Source: Octopus bimaculoides
Lineage: Eukaryota
Assembly (NCBI RefSeq): GCF_001194135.2
Contig: NC_068990.1
Span: forward strand, 35,499,567-35,559,192
Length of the DNA stretch: 59,626 nucleotides
Reading direction: 5' to 3'
Within the stretch, counting starts at the first letter, position 1; each line of letters starts with the position of its first letter. The notes beneath the pieces were generated by a model that saw only the letters and a program-made list of their open reading frames with translations, made no database searches and was not told the origin of the DNA. Both the position numbers and the translations under genes were made by a program. Positions 54,488 through 59,626 of this stretch are shown in pieces.

Positions 54488-55430
54488 TACAGGCCGGAGC
54501 CATGCTGGGGCATCGCCTTTCAGTGTGATTGGGCTGGCTTTCTGTATTGTGTTTGGTGAAGTAGAGAGTTGGAGGAGCTGCCCTGTCACGATGAAGGTTC
54601 ATCTGCTATCTCAAATAAAATATTCTCCAGACCTTCTTTGTAGACCTCCATAGATACACCTCACAAATCTCTGGGGTTGTTTGACAAAATGTCGAATAGT
54701 TGTAGACCATTGATACCCACTATAGTGTCCCTATGCTGGATGGAGAAAACAGGATCTTTGTAAATATGCAGTGCCAAGCTTTTCGATGGTTAGTATAGAT
54801 TTCATTTGTAAAGTTGACTGCTAAACCTTCCAGAATCTTTCGTATGTGTGTAACTGCATATTTTTCAAGTTGTTTCTCTAGTAAGTAGAGCTCCAGTTCT
54901 TATTGCCCCTCCAAGCAGAGCGTATGTTGCATCGACTCAATCTTCCAAGGGTAGTGGTACTGGACTGCTTCGAGTTCCGCCATTACTTTGACACTCCGAG
55001 GATCACTGCTGGGAGCAGTAATCCATACCACTGAGAATGAAAGTTCTTTCTAACAGCAGCGTGGTATCCTTTTTCATGGTTCTGAATGATCTCAGAATCC
55101 ATCCATCTACTCACATGTACAGTGTTGTCATCTTGGAAATATACACATTGAATGTTGCATCATTAGTTATGTACATTCTCAGGTCACGCAGCGATTTATG
55201 ACCCATTGATTGCTCTATCTCATGGTCATGTGTATTCCGATTGTAGTCTGTTTGTGGGCAGATAGTGGCGTGCTTGAAACTTTTCAGCATTGAACTGCAT
55301 GTTATTTTCATCAGCCCTCCTGGATATTGAATTCAGGTCATTCCTCAGTTTTAGTATATTATTAGAGTCATTGACTGCTTGTAATATTTTTGTATTACCA
55401 AGGTGAGAGTGGCTGATTGTATGGTGAAAA
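54488..55430 (-). mobile_element. 5'-truncated CR1/L2-group LINE (end of RT domain through 3' end)
   Basis: The minus strand gives NTKILQAV...LRNDLNSISRRADENNMQFNAEKFQ (RT C-terminal part), SLRDLRMYITNDATFNVYI, GWILRSFRT...MDYCSQQ*S, ELEAVQ, KILEGL, GLQLFDIL...RDL*GV...ADEP. It ends in AAAGGCGATGCCCCAGCATGGC. Many stops and frameshifts. Confidence 0.87.
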
Positions 55431-55792
55431 TTATAAATAATATGCGAATTAGTCACCCATATTATTTATAATTGTCACTTTAACCGTTTATGAAATCAGC
55501 GTATGATTTCAACGGAAATCCTATAAGCTGAGAAGGCGAGCCGAGTTTAACCCTAGGTGCGGTGAGAGCCTCCGATGAACATTAAGATGCGTTAAGACTC
55601 AAAATGATGATCTGGCTGCATCTACGACCGTATGGAGCTTGTTTCCCTTATCAGTCATTAAGACAATGCTTCTGTGGCTGTTGAGTTGTTTTGACTCTTA
55701 TGTTTAGCAATAATGGTGCTGACTAGTGCCGTTTGTCACTTTAGTGACGTATATATTTCTACCTTTCGGTTGTGAAATTGCAAATTAGCTAC

Positions 55793-55841
<49 letters not shown>

Positions 55842-56194
55842 TTAGGCATTGCAGTACTAATAACATGCCGTAGAAGTCAGCGTAAATAAGCTTCAGAACA
55901 AAGCATTAGTAGATTACTATGCGGTAATAAGATATTGACAAAACAAAGGAATAGACAAGTATCGAATGAATTGTATTAGCGTAAAGCTGTTTGTTCTATA
56001 ATATGCATGAACACGTAGTTGAGTTCATGAGAATCACCGTGTAGCTTCATCGGAGCTTCACACGCGAAGTGCCACTTATTTGGGAAAGTATTTCTATGCA
56101 TGTATGTACACAGAAAAGCATTACAAATGAGATAACGTACAGGTACGCGGAGAATGAAATTCAGAAGAACCAAGAAGATATAGTAATGTTGTTC

Positions 56195-56530
56195 AGAATT
56201 CTAATACCCACACCCTCACATCCTCTGGTATGTGGCAACTGGTGAATGGGGGAGTTTAATCTTGCTGCCATCGTCTGCGTTTCTTACCTCGAGATAGGTT
56301 CCTTCGGGGGACTCTTGACAGGAGGAGATTTAGTTTTGTTTGAAGACACCTACATCCAGCCCTGGCACGTCTCTATGGCTTTGTGAGAGTATATAAAACT
56401 GCTGTGAGCAATTGAAGCCCCGGCTGTTGCAGTAACTGGTCCTGTATCCTGATATCAATATTGGTATGTTTGGTACTATGCAGTGGTGCTCCGTTCTGCT
56501 ATTTGTGTAACTAAGATCTACAGAGTTTGT
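56195..56530 (-). mobile_element. second CR1/L2-group LINE 3' ORF fragment
   Basis: The minus strand reads NSRTEHHCIVPNIP...YRTSYCNSRGF...QFYILSQSHRDVPGLDVGVFK...KEPISR*ETQTMAARLNSPIHQ, homologous to the C-terminal part of 54520-54800. Confidence 0.75.
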
Positions 56531-56655
56531 TACAAGTTCTAGTATTTTCCAGATTTATATTACTGCGTATCTTTCCTGGAGGCAGGAAAGATATGCAATA
56601 ATATACATCTACCTGATTCTCTGTCGCTCTCTCTGTCTCTCTCCCTCTCTCTGTC

Positions 56656-57111
56656 TATCTCTAACACTGTGAACCGATTCACCATCACCATCTCTCAAGC
56701 TTGCTGAATCTTCTCGTCACTGGTAGAGAATGACGGTTGTCCTACTCCCTCTTTGTGCGTTATGCTTGTCCGGGTACTTTTAAACTTCTCGATCTACTTA
56801 TACACACTGCTATGTGGTAGTGTACTGTCGCCATATTGTGCTAAAAGCATCCGATGAATTTCACCACGTGACACACCTTCCGACCAGAGAAATCGGATCA
56901 CTCTTCTTTGTTCTCCTTTGGTGCACGTTGCTATTGGAGCGGCCATATTTACACTTTAAAACCAGAAAGAAAAAAAATGGTGCGATCAGGATCAAATTTC
57001 CGTCTTATGACCACAATAGTACCCACTATAAATACGCATGCGTAGAAAGCAGTGTGGCAATGATAAAGACATGATATGGCGAAAGTGAAGTTAATTTTTG
57101 ACTTACCCTCG
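56656..57111 (-). mobile_element. mariner 5' fragment (left TIR and transposase N-terminus), second family
   Basis: The minus strand starts TA|CGAGGGTAAGTCAAAAATTA (TA at 57112-57113). From ATG at 56946 it reads MAAPIATCTKGEQRRVIRFLWSEGVSRGEIHRMLLAQYGDSTLPHSSVYK*IEKFKSTRTSITHKEGVGQPSFSTSDEKIQQA*EMVMVNRFTVLEI, a mariner N-terminal HTH region with two premature stops. It is cut off at a (CT)n tract and is absent from the ORF track. Confidence 0.9.
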
Positions 57112-57604
57112 TATATACGTTTGTGTGTGTGTGCGTGCGTGTTTATGTATGGGTTTATGGGGGTAGATGGGACTGGATGTGAGTAGATGGGTGGGCCTGT
57201 GGATGAATGTGCTGGTGGGTGTGCGTACATACATGCATGTGTGTGCGCGTGCGTGCGCTCCTGTGCGAGTGTGTGTATGTGTGTGTGCGTATTCGATGTA
57301 TTTGCTAAGATTGATATTTCCTCTCTTAATATAGCTGTACATCGAAAACTGTAAGAGAAAGCATTTATCCAGGCCCTGCACTACAAGAATTAGCTCGGAG
57401 AACCCACAATTGTACTGGAAAGACTATTAATTTCATTTTACACTAAAATTTGCAAAAATTTACTGACTTTTTCTTGATTTATTCCGTTTTCATATGCATT
57501 TGATTAATTTGATATTGTAAGAAATTGATGAGGTTGGTTTTATAATAAATTGATATATACGACATTTCAATACACATCTGTCTTAGATACGGACTGTTTC
57601 TATA

Positions 57605-57909
57605 TGTATGTATGAATGTATGTATGCATGCATGCATGTATGTATGTATGTATGTATGTATGTATGTATGTATGTATGTATGTGTCTGTCTGTTTGTCTG
57701 TCTGTCTGTCAATCTATCTNNNNNNNNNNNNNNNNNNNNNNNNNNNNNNNNNNNNNNNNNNNNNNNNNNNNNNNNNNNNNNNNNNNNNNNNNNNNNNNNN
57801 NNNNNNNNNNNNNNNNNNNNNNNNNNNNNNNNNNNNNNNNNNNNNNNNNNNNNNNNNNNNNNNNNNNNNNNNNNNNNNNNNNNNNNNNNNNNNNNNNNNN
57901 NNNNNNNNN

Positions 57910-57970
<61 letters not shown>
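57605..57970. repeat. (TATG)n/(TCTG)n and (AG)n tracts flanking an assembly gap
   Basis: Directly visible. Confidence 0.95.
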
Positions 57971-57974
<4 letters not shown>

Positions 57975-58677
57975 AAATAAACACACACATACCTACATGC
58001 ATACATGTATACATACTTACATACATATCTAGCTTTAATTACCAAACGGATTTTGTGAATGCATATTCTTAGTTACTTCGACTTCACTTATGGGAACTTA
58101 TATTCTTCAATATTATATGCAACACACATTATATATTATATATTCACAAACTACGTAAATGATGAATATAATCAATCATAATCCGATATAGTTATTTTAA
58201 TATCGGGGTCATACATTATTCAAAATATTTTTAAAAGGTGAACAAAAATGCGTTGAGTTGTCTAAATCTAAGCTGTCCCCAAAATGGGTATTTTATCAAT
58301 TCTTCAAATAATAATGCGATATTACTTCCTTTTACATTTTAAAAGAGCACAAATGTCGATTACAGTTTTAAAATATAGCATATATATACAAAAATTAGAT
58401 TTCACATATCACCCCAAAAATTGAGCAAAATCTTATTTATATGCAACCCTTATATTTTATGAAATGCCGCACATAAGCACATAGCAAATATGATTATTGA
58501 ATAATGAGCAAAGAGAATATTCAGAATTATGAGCGAAAGCCTGATTTCGTGACGCAATTACGCTGATATGGTTTCGTGCGGTGTCTACAATAAAATGGAT
58601 TGAAAAATACATGTTAACTAAAATTTATCTTCTGGAAACATTTTCCTAAGTTGTGTATATATACATACGTAAAAACA

Positions 58678-58742
<65 letters not shown>

Positions 58743-58763
58743 TAACACGATTGTGTTTTGATT

Positions 58764-58950
58764 ACTGCACCGGGCGACGCGTTGTGTTCTTGAGCAAAAC
58801 ACTTCATTTCACGTTGCACCAGTGCACTCAGCTAGAAAAAATGAGTAAACCTAAGACGGACCAGCGTCTCGTCCAAGTGGGGATTTTATACGCCATGGAA
58901 ACCGGGAGTCGGTATGACTCGAGAAAGTAACCTTTACTTTTACCTTTATA
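58764..58950 (+). mobile_element. SINE family D, 5'-degenerate (Meta/V-domain-like)
   Basis: GTTGTGTTCTTGAGCAAAACACTTCATTTCACGTTGCACCAGTGCACTCAGCT...AAAATGAGTA and GACGGACCAGCGTCTCGTCCAAG...GAAACCGGG resemble conserved SINE central domains as I recall them. The domain assignment is uncertain. Confidence 0.6.
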
Positions 58951-59530
58951 CACCCATATATTTCAAATTTTCTTAGAAAAACCGATATTTTTCTCTACTT
59001 TTGCGGTTGTGCCATATTTCAAAAATATTTCGTATGTTTTTGTGAAGTTTGATATGTTTGGCATGGAATTTTGTACGTTTTTCAAAACGGCTTTGGCAGC
59101 GCTGGTCACTTGTCTAGAAAATAACTGTTCTTAGAATGACGAACCGTTCACACGCCGAGCAGCAGCGGGTACCTCTGCTAGTTTATAATAATTTAATTAG
59201 TCACGTGAACTTGAATTCATACAGCTCCTTCTGGGATATCCCAAGTGATAGGCTAGCATTTCCGTATCCTGGCATCAGAGACAAGGTGACTGTGTATGAA
59301 AGTTCTAGACAGGGAAATTCACAGTTTATACGAAATAAAATAGAAGATTAATGAGTAAAAGTAGATAGAACACAGACATGAACGCATCATTCAAAATACT
59401 GCTAAAACACGTATTGGATTTACCTTGGATTATACCTAAGGTCCTATACCTTCAGAGAAGTATAGAACAACATCCATACCAACTGGAGAAAGATGAACTG
59501 CGAATTTTATTCTGATCTCTTTATACGTTT

Positions 59531-59565
59531 CAGCCCCAAGGCCGTGGCCATTCTGGATCACTGCC
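59531..59565 (-). mobile_element. short 3'-terminal SINE-B/LINE fragment
   Basis: The reverse complement GGCAGTGATCCAGAATGGCCACGGC resembles GGCGGTGCTCCAGCATGGCCACAG (2225-2248). Confidence 0.45.
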
Positions 59566-59626
59566 AGTGTGAGTGGGATGGTTGATGTGGGTGGGAGTGT
59601 ATATATATATATATATATATATATAT

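Overview
AT-rich, repeat-dense eukaryotic DNA from a draft assembly, with 14 N-gaps (about 5 kb), most flanked by microsatellites. The SINE families match my recollection of octopus/cephalopod tRNA-derived SINEs, so an Octopus genome is inferred but not proven. I cannot support any intact protein-coding gene, rRNA, true tRNA or CRISPR array; most entries in the ORF track are microsatellite or N-run read-throughs. What is supportable: about 11 SINE copies or fragments from 4 families (one with an intact 12-bp TSD), a 2.1-kb decayed pogo/Tigger transposon, two mariner remnants with different TIRs, an RLE-type (R2/R4-like) LINE 3' fragment, two CR1/L2-group LINE 3' fragments and many simple or compound microsatellites. 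The most interesting observations are a minimal Penelope-type hammerhead-like motif (53429-53465), a 156-bp spacerless palindrome at the 5' break of a mariner (36116-36271), a 3' stem-loop shared by a LINE and a SINE, and 3'-tail swapping among copies of one SINE family. I found no convincing novel multi-gene system.
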